Positions 23,645 through 34,658 of a stretch of DNA of 64,000 nucleotides are shown here, piece by piece. How positions within the stretch are numbered: the stretch's first letter is position 1; each line of letters opens with the position of its first letter. This DNA is from Cyanidioschyzon merolae (taxonomy: Eukaryota). The notes beneath the pieces are model-generated. The model had not been told where the DNA came from. It did no database searches and was given only the letters and a program-made list of their open reading frames with translations. The translations under genes were made by a program, and so were the position numbers. The stretch lies in the NCBI GenBank assembly GCA_000091205.1, contig AP006485.2; one strand, written 5' to 3'.

Positions 23645-24255
23645 ATGGGGATACACGCTGAGTTTCGCACTCCGGTATACCTAAAATAAGATTGCCTTTT
23701 TGTAGTGGTTTGCTTTTCTTACAGGGTTACACGCTGAGTTTCGCACTCCGGTATACCTGCAATAAGATTGCCTTTTTGTAGTGGTTTGCTTTCCTTACAG
23801 GGATACACGCTGAGTTTCGCACTCCGGTATACCTGCAATAAGATTGCCTTTTTGTAGTGGTTTGCTTTCCTTACAGGGATACACGCTGAGTTTCGCACTC
23901 CGGTATACCTGCAATAAGATTGCCTTTTTGTAGTGGTTTGCTTTCCTTACAGGGATACACGCTGAGTTTCGCACTCCGGTATACCTACAATAAGATTGCC
24001 TTTTTGTAGTGGTTTGCTTTCCTTACAGGGATACACGCTGAGTTTCGCACTCCGGTATACCTGGAATAAGATTGCCTTTTTGTAGTGGTTTGCTTTCCTT
24101 ACAGGGATACACGCTGAGTTTCGCACTCCGGTATACCTGCCATAAGATTGCCTTTTTGTAATGGTTTGCTTTCCTTACAGGGATACACGCTGAGTTTCGC
24201 ACTCCGGTATACCTGGAATAAGATTGCCTTTTTGTACTGGTTTGCTTTCCTTAAA
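23645..24255. repeat. Tandem minisatellite, 76-bp unit x about 8
   Basis: The unit ggatacacgctgagtttcgcactccggtatacctNNNataagattgcctttttgtagtggtttgctttccttacag repeats with period 76 (anchors at 23653, 23729, 23805...). Variation is concentrated at one trinucleotide (aaa/gca/aca/gga/gcc). Confidence 0.9.
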
Positions 24256-24963
24256 GTTGTTCAATGAAAATAGCGTATGATATGCATTCGGGAAAGGTCG
24301 GGAAAAGCGTTTTGTGACGGCAATGGTCGTGTGCGGAAAACGGTCGTACATAGGCAAGTCAGTTCCTACTTCTCCAGAAGGTGCATGAACCGCACTTGTC
24401 GATGTGCATCCATGATAGAACTTGTCGAAATCTATCAACACGAATACTCTTTTGATCACTCCAATTTAGTCCAAACGTTCCCCCAGAAATACGAGGAAAG
24501 AAGCTCCAGGATGTCAAGTGTTCATGCGGTTTAAAAGGTCGGTGCTGAAGCGACTCGGATGGACGGAACAAGAGATCGCTTTCCTTCCACCGTTGAATAT
24601 ACACAATCGATTTCGTAGTGAAACGCGAATACTTTTGACAGAAAGCACAGGTAATCGTCTGATTTGATGATTCTTAATTCGACATGAATTTAGAGACCTG
24701 TACATGGCTGCTCAAAGCGGCGTTAACCATATTTCAAAGGCAAGCAACGAGTGATCATGGTGACAACATGACCCTAAATGGTAATGCAGCCGCGCGGTCC
24801 ATGAAGTATCACGAAAAAAAGCACAGGATGATTTACCATCTTATCATTCGTCGAAGCGCACTTTGAGTCTTGTCCTTGTCATGTGTTATGCTCCTGCTCT
24901 TACAGAGCGCCACTTTTTATCTTACAGAAATGGTCGAGGAGTCCTCCTCTAGGATTGGCGTTT

Positions 24964-25646
24964 TCTACGCTCCCTTCGTGCGAAACGGTGACGCACACCC
25001 TACTGGAATCGATCGCTCGGATGACTCCAGTTCTAGTACCGAATCCTTTCCCAAGCAAACAGAAGAGGCGGGAGCCCCGCAAGCAGCGCACCACATCATA
25101 CGGTACCCTGCTGCTCTGGAATGCCGTCTCGCCGATGAGCGCGAAGAGACAAGCATTTGTCTTTCGAATGCAATGGACCATTCGAAGCGACAAGTGACGT
25201 GAGCAATGGTCATGAGTTTGTGAACGAGTCGTCCATGGACGACGTCAAGGTTCTGGTATTGCTGGATAATCTAGGGACACAAATCGCTTCGCCCCTAGGG
25301 TGCCGTGAGAGAGCAACACTGAAGCGTTGAAGAGTGCACGATTAACGCGTGCTTCACGTACGGAGCTTTAAAGCGTGGGAGCTTGAACCAGTGACTCGGA
25401 TCATTATATCGAATATTCTACGAATCTTTATTCGATTGCGTCGTGAATCCCCCCGATCCCTGTAACGTAACAAATTCCAGCGGTACAGCGTCAAAGGAGG
25501 CATTCCGCGAAAAAATGGCGACCGATCGACAGCAAACTACTCATGAATCTACACGCTCCTGCCTGCTGCATTTCGCATGTCGAGACTGCGGAACTGCAAG
25601 TTCGGATAAATGGAAAAACAGGAACATAGAAAGCAGTAAAGCACTG
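24964..25646 (+). repeat. Repeat family R1, copy B (truncated, about 0.68 kb)
   Basis: Aligns to copy A 10931-11613 at near identity. The left boundary is degenerate. Confidence 0.8.
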
Positions 25647-25792
25647 TATGTGAATCTCACCCGTCTCTTTATCACAAGCTCTCAGAATCGGACTCGGTGA
25701 CGTGTCGTGCGGTCCTGTCAGTGACAATCCTGTACCGTCGCTGTCGTCCTCGTCGAGCGACTCCGGTTACGCACCAGGCTTCCTCTGTTCAT

Positions 25793-27007
25793 CTACGCAC
25801 ATATTCCATCGGTAAAGGTCGTTCCTTCAGGGCAGATGCACGTGTCTGTGCCACAAGTCGCCTCAGGCGGGCAGCACAGCAGGCGCTCGAAGCCGTACCA
25901 GAGCGGGGTCGAGAGCTTGCCGCAGTTCTGGTAGCCAGCACGGCAGGCGCAGTTCGTGTTGCTCGGAAGCGTCGTTGGTAGCGGCGTCGCTTCCCAGCTC
26001 TGCCACTGCTTGTTCTTGTTCTGTTGTACCTGCAGCTGAGCCTGGCGGATTGACAACACGCACGTCTGGGTCGGATCACAGCACTCCTGGCCACAGACAG
26101 TCTGGTTGGCGCTCGGGCAGGAGAGCATCGGCTGCTTGTAGTAGCACCATGGGATCTGGCTCAGGGCCTGTGAATCGGCACCCTGGTACGGGTAGATTGG
26201 CTCGAAGCAGCAGCCGCGTTGGAAGCACTCGTGCGACGAGATGCCCGGGAAGCCACAGTTCTGCCGCTCATTCGCATCCACGTAGCACGTTCCGAGCGGC
26301 TCGTAGCATATACCGTTCTGGTTATTCTGATGCTGCTGTTGCAGTTGCGAGGACCAATAGTAATTGGAGTCGAAGCAGCAACCATGGGCAACGCATTCCG
26401 ATTCAGTGACTTGCTGCCTGTTGCCCAGAGCTGCGCAGGGCAGTTGAATGGTGACGTTACAGTTCGGTTGCGGGTACTGCGGCTGATAGACGGGCTCCTG
26501 TCCGGGTTTGTAATAGCAGAAGGGCGCGTACTCGCCGGCTTGCGGCGGCAACCAGCAGCAGCCGTACGATGTACACTCTTGTGGGGTTATTCCAGGCCAA
26601 CCGCAAGCACTGCGGTTCTGAGGCGCCACATCGCAGCTCGGAGCTGGCGTCGGCAACAAGCAGGTGTAGCCGTTCCAGCAGCAACCATACTGAAGACACT
26701 GATCCTGGTTGAGGTTCACACCGCAGATTTCCACCGTATCACACTGCTGTTGCTGGTTGTTCTGGTTCTGGTACTGCTGCTGTTGTGTGAAGATTTGCTG
26801 CTGCTGCTGCTGTTGCTGCGGCTGCTGCTGAATGATGACTTGCTGCTGTTGCTGCGGCTGCAGTTGTTCACCATAGGTGCGCGCCAGCGTCGGCAAGGCC
26901 ACTACCGTCGTGACGGTTCCGCTACCAGCAAACAGGGCTGCCACCGCTGCTGCGAGTAACGTTACCAACAGAATAAATGAGAGGCGGCTGCGTTGCATCT
27001 TTCGCAA
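25793..27007 (-). CDS. Secreted polyQ protein with four trefoil (P-type) domains and a Cys-rich C-terminal region
   Basis: N-terminal signal-peptide-like stretch LSFILLVTLLAAAVAALFAG. Four CX..C..GCC[WF] units are present: QDQCLQYGCCWNG, RSACGWPGITPQECTSYGCCWLP, ESECVAHGCCFDS and RQNCGFPGISSHECFQRGCCFEP. Confidence 0.75.
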   Translation of the reverse strand: MRKMQRSRLSFILLVTLLAAAVAALFAGSGTVTTVVALPTLARTYGEQLQPQQQQQVIIQQQPQQQQQQQQIFTQQQQYQNQNNQQQQCDTVEICGVNLNQDQCLQYGCCWNGYTCLLPTPAPSCDVAPQNRSACGWPGITPQECTSYGCCWLPPQAGEYAPFCYYKPGQEPVYQPQYPQPNCNVTIQLPCAALGNRQQVTESECVAHGCCFDSNYYWSSQLQQQHQNNQNGICYEPLGTCYVDANERQNCGFPGISSHECFQRGCCFEPIYPYQGADSQALSQIPWCYYKQPMLSCPSANQTVCGQECCDPTQTCVLSIRQAQLQVQQNKNKQWQSWEATPLPTTLPSNTNCACRAGYQNCGKLSTPLWYGFERLLCCPPEATCGTDTCICPEGTTFTDGICA

Positions 27008-28326
27008 TTGAAAATAAATACCAACGCTCGTGAAAACTCAGAAAATTATAAATTGTATCACTTTTGTGAATAATGGTTCGATGAACGCTCCCGTTTTGCT
27101 TCCTGAGCGCCAATGACACACACACACCGATGCGAACGCTTGACACGCTTATGTTCAGCAAAGGACACGGGAGTGAGATGCCTATGTCCAACGTTCGTGC
27201 TCGAAGGAAGATGCCACAACGACAAACAACAGAGTAGTGCTGTGTGCATCGGTAGCGACGCGGCGGGCCGTACACGGAGGCTGGACCCAATGGGTCTACA
27301 ACCGCCACGCCCAGGACCGAGGAGAGAGGCCCTCGCTTTAGGCCCGCGACGTAACGGAATCGCAGCAGTGTACAGGGCGCTGCAGGCATCATACGCGGCG
27401 AATCGGCGGGCCAAATTCCGTTCGCGCCGTCGCTGGCGGTGCGCAAGGCTAGGATCGCCAGCGCGCTAGCCTCGCCACGTGGCGCGCTCTACTGCGGCAT
27501 CAGGTGCGCACGCATGCGCCTTGATCGGTCAGTGCGTCGTGGCGCACCGACGCCGCCGGCTGATGATGACGCTTTGATCGATCCTGCAGCGTTCCGCGTG
27601 GATGCGATCTACACACGAAAACGGGTACACGAGACAGGCACGCTGACGTGCCTCGCCCTGCGTACGGTGTGGTGACGGCTCGGCGCAGTGGCCGGCGGCA
27701 GTGCAATCGCTGCACTGCGCTATGCGAGCTTTCCGTGAAAGTCCAGTGGTTGTTGCGAACCTGGGGCGGTCCGATTGGGGCTCTGCATCCAGGTTGGCAC
27801 GACAACGTGATGGTACAATCATCTATTTTTCGAACAAAAAGCAACTTTTATATCCAGAACGGATCATCGTGTTCAGCGCATCCTCTGAAATCCGAACGCT
27901 CGCCGCCACACCATCCCGCGGACTTGGCATACGCGCACAGCACCCGGATTCCATTCACAACGCGAGGTTGTAATTGTCCATTTATATATATAAAGATGCA
28001 ATTATATCCCATATCCTCTTGAGCCTGTGACGGATTCTCGCGTGATCCGTCGCACGAGACGCCGCAACGGCCACGGGAATTCAAAACGTGAAATGTGACG
28101 CGGCAGCCGTCCAGCGGCGGCGCCAGCCGCGCGCCACCAATGGAGCCGTACAGCGCGTCCGTTCAGGCCATGTTCGCGGCTACCGGGTCGCCAGACGACG
28201 TGACGAGCGTTCAAGCTGCATCAAGACCCGAATAATTGCCCATTCGAACGCTTTCTCTTCAGTCAGGCAGGCAATCGGCGTACGCATCGTCCCGGAGGGA
28301 GTCTAAGAGGCTCCCACTACAGCAAA

Positions 28327-31077
28327 ATGCCCGAGCAGAGTCAACGTATCCGCACAGGGCCGCGCAGCGCAGCTGTACCCACTACAGGTCACGCTCGCCT
28401 AGCTGCTGTGCAGCGAGTATCAGCAGCTACGGGCGAACGACGAGAACGCTTAAAGATAGAGAAAAACGTAACTGAGCGCGAGCCGGCGCAACGTATTGCG
28501 CCTTGTGTGGAGCAGCGACGTGCACGGCACCAGCCGTGGAGCGGGATCTCGCAAACACGGCAAGAGCCTAGCCGCCCCGAGCCTGTGCGCTCCAGTGCAA
28601 GTGCTGCGGGAACGCATGCGACTGCGTCTAGCAGCGGCGTAAACACACCCACAAACTCGGCAGCAGAACGGGTACAAGTTGCGGTGCGCTGTCGCCCTTT
28701 GTCTGTCGAACTGCTGCAGACTGGCGGTGATGCGCCCGTCCAAGCTGTTCGCGTCAATGAGTTATTGCGTGAAGTTCGCGTTCTGCAGCCTACCTATCTG
28801 GCGAGTGCCCATTTGGCTCGGTCAACAAACGCATCAGCGTTGACGGCAGCGGCGCCTGGTGTGCCGCTGCCCGTCTCTGAGGCCGACTTTGATCAGGTGC
28901 CTCCGTATGCGATGCGTTCCTTTACTTTTGACAAGGTTTTCCCCATGAATGCAGGGCAAGAACATGTGTACCAGAGTCTCGTGCAGCCAATCGTGAGCGA
29001 CTCGATCCTCGGCTACAACTGTACGATTTTTGCGTACGGACAAACCGGCACTGGCAAAACGTACACCATGGAGGGCGTGCTGCCAGGACACACCGCTGAG
29101 CCCGGTGCAAGCGGCTGCTCACTCCCGCCAACAGCAGGAATCATTCTTCGAGCCGCAAACCAAATATTTGCCACACTGAAGGATCGCAGCAACGATATCG
29201 AATACACCGTTCGTTGCTCACATCTGGAGCTCTACAATGAGCAGCTTAGCGACTTGCTCGCCGTCGAGGGTGCTGCTCATCCCATGCGCATCCTGCAGGA
29301 TCCCTCAAAAGGCGGTGTTTTCGTTTCCGGACTGGAGGAAATCGTCGTTCGCAACGAGCAGGAGATCATGGCGCTCTTGGAGAAGAGTTCGCAGCGCCGT
29401 CGCACTGCGGAGACAAGCCTCAACCGATACTCTTCCCGGTCACACGCCATTTTCACGATCACGATTCACGTGCGAGAAATGACGCCTGACGGTGAGGATC
29501 TTCTCCGAGTTGGCAAGTTGAATCTCGTGGACCTGGCTGGCTCCGAGAACATTGGGCGCTCGGGTGCAACGCATGAACGAGCACGGGAAGCAGGCTCTAT
29601 TAACCAGTCGCTGCTTACACTGGGTCGCGTCATTAATGCGCTTATCGAAGGTCAGGTCCACATCCCGTATCGCGACAGCAAGTTAACACGGCTACTGCAG
29701 GAGTCTCTGGGCGGCCGCAACAAGACTGCTATCGTTGCCACCATAAGCCCTGCGGCTGCAGATCTCGAGGAGACACTCAATACACTCGATTATGCTTTCA
29801 GGGCGAAGAACATTCGCAATCGACCCACTCTGAATCAAATGCTGATGAAGAAGACGCTGATTCGGGAGTATGCGGAAGAGATCGCACGTCTGCGTCTCGA
29901 GCTCGAGGCAACACGGGCCAAAAACGGCATCTTCGTGCCGCCCGAGCTCTACGCCGAAATGGACGAGGCCCGCCGAACGCACCGTGATCGAATTGCAGCG
30001 CTGGAGCAACGAATCCAGGATCAGGCCCAAGAGCGTGACGTACTCGAGCGAATGCTGGACGAGTCCCGTGACCAGCTGGCACAATCACAGGAGCGGCAGC
30101 AGGTGCTCGAGGGTGAGCTCCGAGCACGAGACGCGGCCATGCACCAGCTACAAGCGCATCTGCACAGACTGGACGCTCAACAGAAAGAAAGCCGCTTCCT
30201 CTTGCGCGAACAAAAGCGAGTGGAAGAACAGCTCGCTTCCGAAGCCCTGTGCCTCATGAACAATCTCACTCAGAGCCTGGTGGATCTCGACACGCTCTAC
30301 GCGAAACTAGAGGAGCGCGATCGCTCGCATAGGGCGTTTTACGGCCACGTGCGTGAACTGGAAACGGTATGCGCAGATACAATGCACCAAATTCGCAGCG
30401 AGATTCACCAGCTGGAGGAACGCATCGAAACCCACGATCATCTCATCCGGGATCGATTCAGTCAGTGCCTGTCATCTTCAATGACGTCGGTGCCGGTGTG
30501 CAAAGCGGACGACGCATACGAACCTGGCGCTGACAAGGAAAATATGAGCGTGTTTGCTAGCGAGCCTCATCTGCAACCATCGACGGATGCGTTACGAGAT
30601 ACGCCAAAGCGGCGCCACTGGAGCTATCCCCGAAAACTGACCCGATCAGCTCCTGAGCACGAACTGCTTGCAGCGTATCGCGGATTGGATGTACATCCCG
30701 CGCGCAGTGATGGGGCAGTAGCAACCATAGAGGCCGCGACGACGACGCTGCCCACCCCGGATGCTGGTTCAGATCAGGGCGAAGCGCCGACATTGCCCTC
30801 GGATGCCACATTCACTCACGATAGGACGCCTTGCGATCCCAGTATCGATGCAATCAAGACGTCGACAAATACAACGGCGACGACTGCATGCGAGCAGGCG
30901 CCACAGCGCGCGGAAACGCTGGACACGATACAGACGCACGATCCTAGCTCGCGGCGTCAGCATCGTCAAACTTGGCCTGGAACTGTCCCGGATGCGAGTC
31001 GTGTGCACCGTCAACCGCCAACGAGCGCCAGCGTCGTTCACCGAGATCGATGTTCAACGCCGGCCCATGTGACGTAA
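28327..31077 (+). CDS. Kinesin-5 (BimC/Eg5 family) motor protein
   Basis: P-loop AYGQTGTGKTYTMEG, switch I SSRSHAIFTI, switch II LVDLAGSENIGRSG. Family-specific neck motif KKTLIREYAEEIARLRLELEATRAKNGIFV, followed by a long coiled-coil stalk. Confidence 0.85.
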   Translation: MPEQSQRIRTGPRSAAVPTTGHARLAAVQRVSAATGERRERLKIEKNVTEREPAQRIAPCVEQRRARHQPWSGISQTRQEPSRPEPVRSSASAAGTHATASSSGVNTPTNSAAERVQVAVRCRPLSVELLQTGGDAPVQAVRVNELLREVRVLQPTYLASAHLARSTNASALTAAAPGVPLPVSEADFDQVPPYAMRSFTFDKVFPMNAGQEHVYQSLVQPIVSDSILGYNCTIFAYGQTGTGKTYTMEGVLPGHTAEPGASGCSLPPTAGIILRAANQIFATLKDRSNDIEYTVRCSHLELYNEQLSDLLAVEGAAHPMRILQDPSKGGVFVSGLEEIVVRNEQEIMALLEKSSQRRRTAETSLNRYSSRSHAIFTITIHVREMTPDGEDLLRVGKLNLVDLAGSENIGRSGATHERAREAGSINQSLLTLGRVINALIEGQVHIPYRDSKLTRLLQESLGGRNKTAIVATISPAAADLEETLNTLDYAFRAKNIRNRPTLNQMLMKKTLIREYAEEIARLRLELEATRAKNGIFVPPELYAEMDEARRTHRDRIAALEQRIQDQAQERDVLERMLDESRDQLAQSQERQQVLEGELRARDAAMHQLQAHLHRLDAQQKESRFLLREQKRVEEQLASEALCLMNNLTQSLVDLDTLYAKLEERDRSHRAFYGHVRELETVCADTMHQIRSEIHQLEERIETHDHLIRDRFSQCLSSSMTSVPVCKADDAYEPGADKENMSVFASEPHLQPSTDALRDTPKRRHWSYPRKLTRSAPEHELLAAYRGLDVHPARSDGAVATIEAATTTLPTPDAGSDQGEAPTLPSDATFTHDRTPCDPSIDAIKTSTNTTATTACEQAPQRAETLDTIQTHDPSSRRQHRQTWPGTVPDASRVHRQPPTSASVVHRDRCSTPAHVT

Positions 31078-31431
31078 TCCCGGGCACGTCTCGGCAACGA
31101 AGGCGACGGCAACGCATCGGTAATCAGCAGCACGGCGACGAGCGGTCGCTCGCTGCGACGCAGTGCCAATGCCGCTCAGCATCGCGACGCCACAGCTCCC
31201 ACAGCGATGTATCGTTGGCGACAGACGCCATGAGGCTGCGGTCGCTTGCTCGACCAAGGCAGTCGCAATGCCGGGTCCCGGCACGCAAGGCCAGGGCACC
31301 GTCCTGGCAATCCTGCGGACACCAGCTCGCTTTCTCTGACGTGCGCGTGCGTCGTGTGCGCTCGCGCAGGCATCGCTGGACCCGCCCGGGAAGCCTTGAC
31401 ACTCCCTGGAAACCCCCAGATGCCGACTTCA

Positions 31432-32559
31432 CTACGCAGCGTTGGTATCCAGACGTCCATCCGCAGATGCTGCTGACCAGATCTTGACGGAGCGATCGCG
31501 TTCGAGGGCGCCACTCGCGATGACGTGATCTGTCGGATGTGCGTCCACTGCCAGCACAACATCGGTGTGCGCCTCAAGGCGCTGGACCATCTTCCGTGTG
31601 TGCAGATTCCACAGGTACACAAACCCGTCTTCGCTACCACTCAGCACATACTTGTGCTCGGGGTGTGTCACCACAAACGTGCTGAATACACAGTAGCGAG
31701 CATTGCAATGTCCCCGCAAAGTCTTGAGCACCCGCCCTTGGCCATCGCGGTAGCTCCATAAACGTATCGTGCTATCTAGGGTATTCGCCAGGATGTAGCC
31801 CCCGTTGGGGGTGAATTTCACAAAGCTCACAGGCAAGCTTTCCTCTCCAACGATCGTATATAAACAACGGCCATCAGGCACGTCCCATATCCTACAAAGC
31901 CCATCATACGACGAAGATACCAACAGGGTTCCGTCGCGATTGAAATGCACCGCACTCACCGGTTCCGAGTGCGCCGGCAGCGTCCGTAGACATCGACGCA
32001 TTCGCACGTCCCAAAAACAAATGGTTTCATCGAACGATCCCGAGGCCAAAACATTACCCTGGGGATTAAAGTTGCAGCAGAAGACATAATTGGAGTGTCC
32101 TTCGAAACGGTGCACGGCGACGCCCCGCTCCACATCCCAGAGCCGCAGCGTGCGATCATCGGACGCGGAGGCGAGCCAGCGCGACAGGCTCGCCGAACGA
32201 CTCGCCCCGCTGCCAGCTGCTGCTGCTGCGGACGCTGCACCAGCCCAGGCTACGTCGCTGATGCCTTGCGCGTGTCCCTCGAGAACGCCCACTAGTCTGC
32301 CATCTGCGACTGACCATAGCCGAACCGTCTTGTCTGCAGAAGAAGACGCCAACAGACGACCGTCAGGAGAGAACTTCACAGAGGAGATGGCCTTTCGGTG
32401 ACCCTCGAGCGTGTACTGCAACACGAACTGCAAGTCAGGCGAGGTCTCCTGCTCTTTGCGAGCGCTTCCAGCAAACTCGTGCACAGGCGCACAGGTGCCC
32501 TCACAGCACTCTGGTCCTCGCTCTACGCCGCTGGACATGATGCGGATTCTTGCAGTCAC
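31432..32559 (-). CDS. WDR5: WDR5 homolog (WD40 repeat protein, COMPASS/MLL core subunit) with an Ala/Ser-rich insertion
   Basis: Near-colinear with human WDR5: LEGHRKAISSVKFSPDGRLLASSSADKTVRLW...GHSNYVFCCNFNPQGNVLASGSFDETICFWDV...PAHSEPVSAVHFNRDGTLLVSSSYDGLCRIWD...ASGALERDRSVKIW. An approx. 30-aa insertion GAASAAAAAGSGASRSASLSRWLASA sits before SASDDRTLRLW. Confidence 0.9.
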   Translation of the reverse strand: MTARIRIMSSGVERGPECCEGTCAPVHEFAGSARKEQETSPDLQFVLQYTLEGHRKAISSVKFSPDGRLLASSSADKTVRLWSVADGRLVGVLEGHAQGISDVAWAGAASAAAAAGSGASRSASLSRWLASASDDRTLRLWDVERGVAVHRFEGHSNYVFCCNFNPQGNVLASGSFDETICFWDVRMRRCLRTLPAHSEPVSAVHFNRDGTLLVSSSYDGLCRIWDVPDGRCLYTIVGEESLPVSFVKFTPNGGYILANTLDSTIRLWSYRDGQGRVLKTLRGHCNARYCVFSTFVVTHPEHKYVLSGSEDGFVYLWNLHTRKMVQRLEAHTDVVLAVDAHPTDHVIASGALERDRSVKIWSAASADGRLDTNAA

Positions 32560-32916
32560 CGCCCCAGCTCACGGTTGCTTTCGAGAGCACCCAACCGTCT
32601 CAATCAGAACGCTACCGCGCTACAGGCTGCTGCTCGGCCGGTGAACCGAAGCACCGCACCAGAAGACGTACAGCAGCAGCAGCAGCAGCAACTACTATTA
32701 TCGACTACCAACCAATCAACCAACCACCAGCTGCTGGGCGTCCACAGTTCTTCGACACAGCGCGGACCTGTGGCGCTTGTTAAATAAAGTCCCTGTCAAC
32801 GTTAGAAGCGTTCCCCTCGAAAGCCGCCTCTGGAATGATATGCAACGACGTCGTGTTGCCGTCGTATGGCGCCCTGTGAGGCGCGCACGGATATGTGTGC
32901 AACGCATTGATCCGTG

Positions 32917-32961
32917 ACGCGCACGCACGCACGCATGCGTGCGTGTATGCGTGCGTGCGCG
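32917..32961. repeat. Perfect 45-nt pyrimidine/purine alternating tract (CG/CA/TG), near-palindromic; Z-DNA/cruciform prone
   Basis: acgcgcacgcacgcacgcatgcgtgcgtgtatgcgtgcgtgcgcg alternates R/Y without a break. It is followed by (gttgccgc)x3 at 32963-32990. Confidence 0.8.
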
Positions 32962-33266
32962 ATGTTGCCGCGTTGCCGCGTTGCCGCCGCCGCCGTCGTT
33001 GTCGGTGCCACGCGATGTGTGACACCGATCCGGGTAGCCCGTTCGGCATGCAGCCGATGGCGAATACGCCGTCGTTGTCTACCCCGCGAGCACCCAATGC
33101 TCTATGTGATCAGTGACACGATAAATGCGCTACGACCCTGACAGGTGTATATATCTATCGATGGACAGGCGCCTCTTGGTCTTGTTTGACCGACTTTGTG
33201 CTATCGGCTGCAGCTTCTCGTTGTGCACTTCGAGCATCAGAGGGTGCCTCACAACGTAGGTTCGCC

Positions 33267-33848
33267 TCAGCTTCGCGGGTCTCTGCTCTTCAGCACCACC
33301 CATCGTCCGATACTCATGGCGGTGTTTAAGTCTCTGTTCAAGAATTTCATAGGTTTATTGCCGCTGGGTGGTTTCAGCAATGCAAGGATTCCTAGTGGTC
33401 GCACGCTATGCGCTATTAGAGTCTCGTCGACGTCCTGTCGGGGAAACATCTTTTCTCGACTATCCCCCTTCTTCTTCTTCTCTTCAATGGTCATGAATCA
33501 TGGATAGTATGGAGGAAAGGAAAGCAGCTCTATCCCGATAGATTCGGCAAAAGCCTGGACGCATGGGGAATGGTGAGATGCAACGTTGTCCGGTAGAAGG
33601 ACGCCGCCATTCGTCAGATGATTCTTCAGTGATTCGATAACGTGGTTGGTGCTCTTGTATGAGCCTTCTCTACGACCCCAAGCTGAAGCCGCCAAATGAA
33701 TCCACTGCAGCTGGAACAGATGATGGTGTCCTCGTTCTCTTCGAATTCGATCCTGAATTCCACGGACGCCCTCTATGCCAGTACGCGTGAAAGCTCCGAC
33801 AATTTCGTCTGAAAAAAAAAAGTCCCTTGCACTCAGAAAAGGATTCAA
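33267..33848 (-). pseudogene. Degraded DDE_3 (Tc1/mariner/IS630-like) transposase C-terminal remnant, frameshifted
   Basis: GGVLLPDNVASHHSPCVQAFAESIGIELLSFPPYYP matches the DDE_3 pattern ...DNAPIH.S..V...L...GI..L.WP..SPDLNPIE. In the next frame, FLNRDLNTAMSIGRWVVLK matches SPDLNPIENLWGILK. Confidence 0.55.
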
Positions 33849-34658
33849 AATCCTTGTGCATCATACCAATCGCTGAGTTCCAGGAACGAATTCGTTACTT
33901 TTTCGGTAGAAAATTGCTATGCATGAACTGGAACTATTTTTGCGAATGTATACCGCTGTTTTCAGGACAACCCGAACAAGCCATTAAGCAACAGAGACGC
34001 CTCTGGTGGCTAGGATCATTGCGTTTGCTTTCCATAGGGTCATCAACGCGCTTTTTTCTACCACAGTCCATAAGCAATCTCTAAATATATCGGGTTTTGG
34101 CACGGAATGCATATGCTTCCTTCTTTCAATATGTATGAACCATCTGAGTTCTAACGTATGACTGACCTGAAGGACGCATGCAATGCTCCCCGCACTTTTC
34201 AGTAAAGAATCTCTACCCTACATTCAATTCGTCTACGATATATGCAAAAAATGCCTAGTGATTCCGACCTCCCGCTACATACCGCGAAAACGCATTCCAA
34301 GAAATTCAGCAAGGGTGCAACACAATTGAGTTGAAAGACTATAAGGTGCAACGGGTGCACGCCCGGATACCCAGCGCCGCGGCACGGCCGATGCCTTACG
34401 TTGAGGCATTGCCTGCTGCGCAGTGCAACCTTATAGTTCGAGACTTCTGGTACTAGCTTTTTGCAGAAACTTGTCTGGGATACCATACACAAACAGATAA
34501 ACTTGGGACACGATTGCACCCGGCTGCGCGTCGTGCAGGAGCTCGAAAACGTGGTTGCAACGCCACCGCACGCTGAACCTGCGGAGCGTTCTTGGCGAAC
34601 AGGACGCGACTGGGAGTCCCATTTACTGTTGGCTGGATCAACGTGACTCACGCTTATC

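Noticed and set aside
23645-24255. Regular 76-bp tandem array considered as a CRISPR-like array
   Set aside because: Units abut directly with no unique spacers, the context is eukaryotic nuclear DNA, and there are no cas genes. It is a minisatellite.
27060-27680. GC-rich intergenic segment with local inverted repeats and a GCGCAAGG string, considered as a U6-like snRNA or other ncRNA
   Set aside because: It lacks the U6 5' stem-loop, ACAGAGA and AGC boxes. No other snRNA/5S consensus was found. I could not support an RNA gene from sequence alone.
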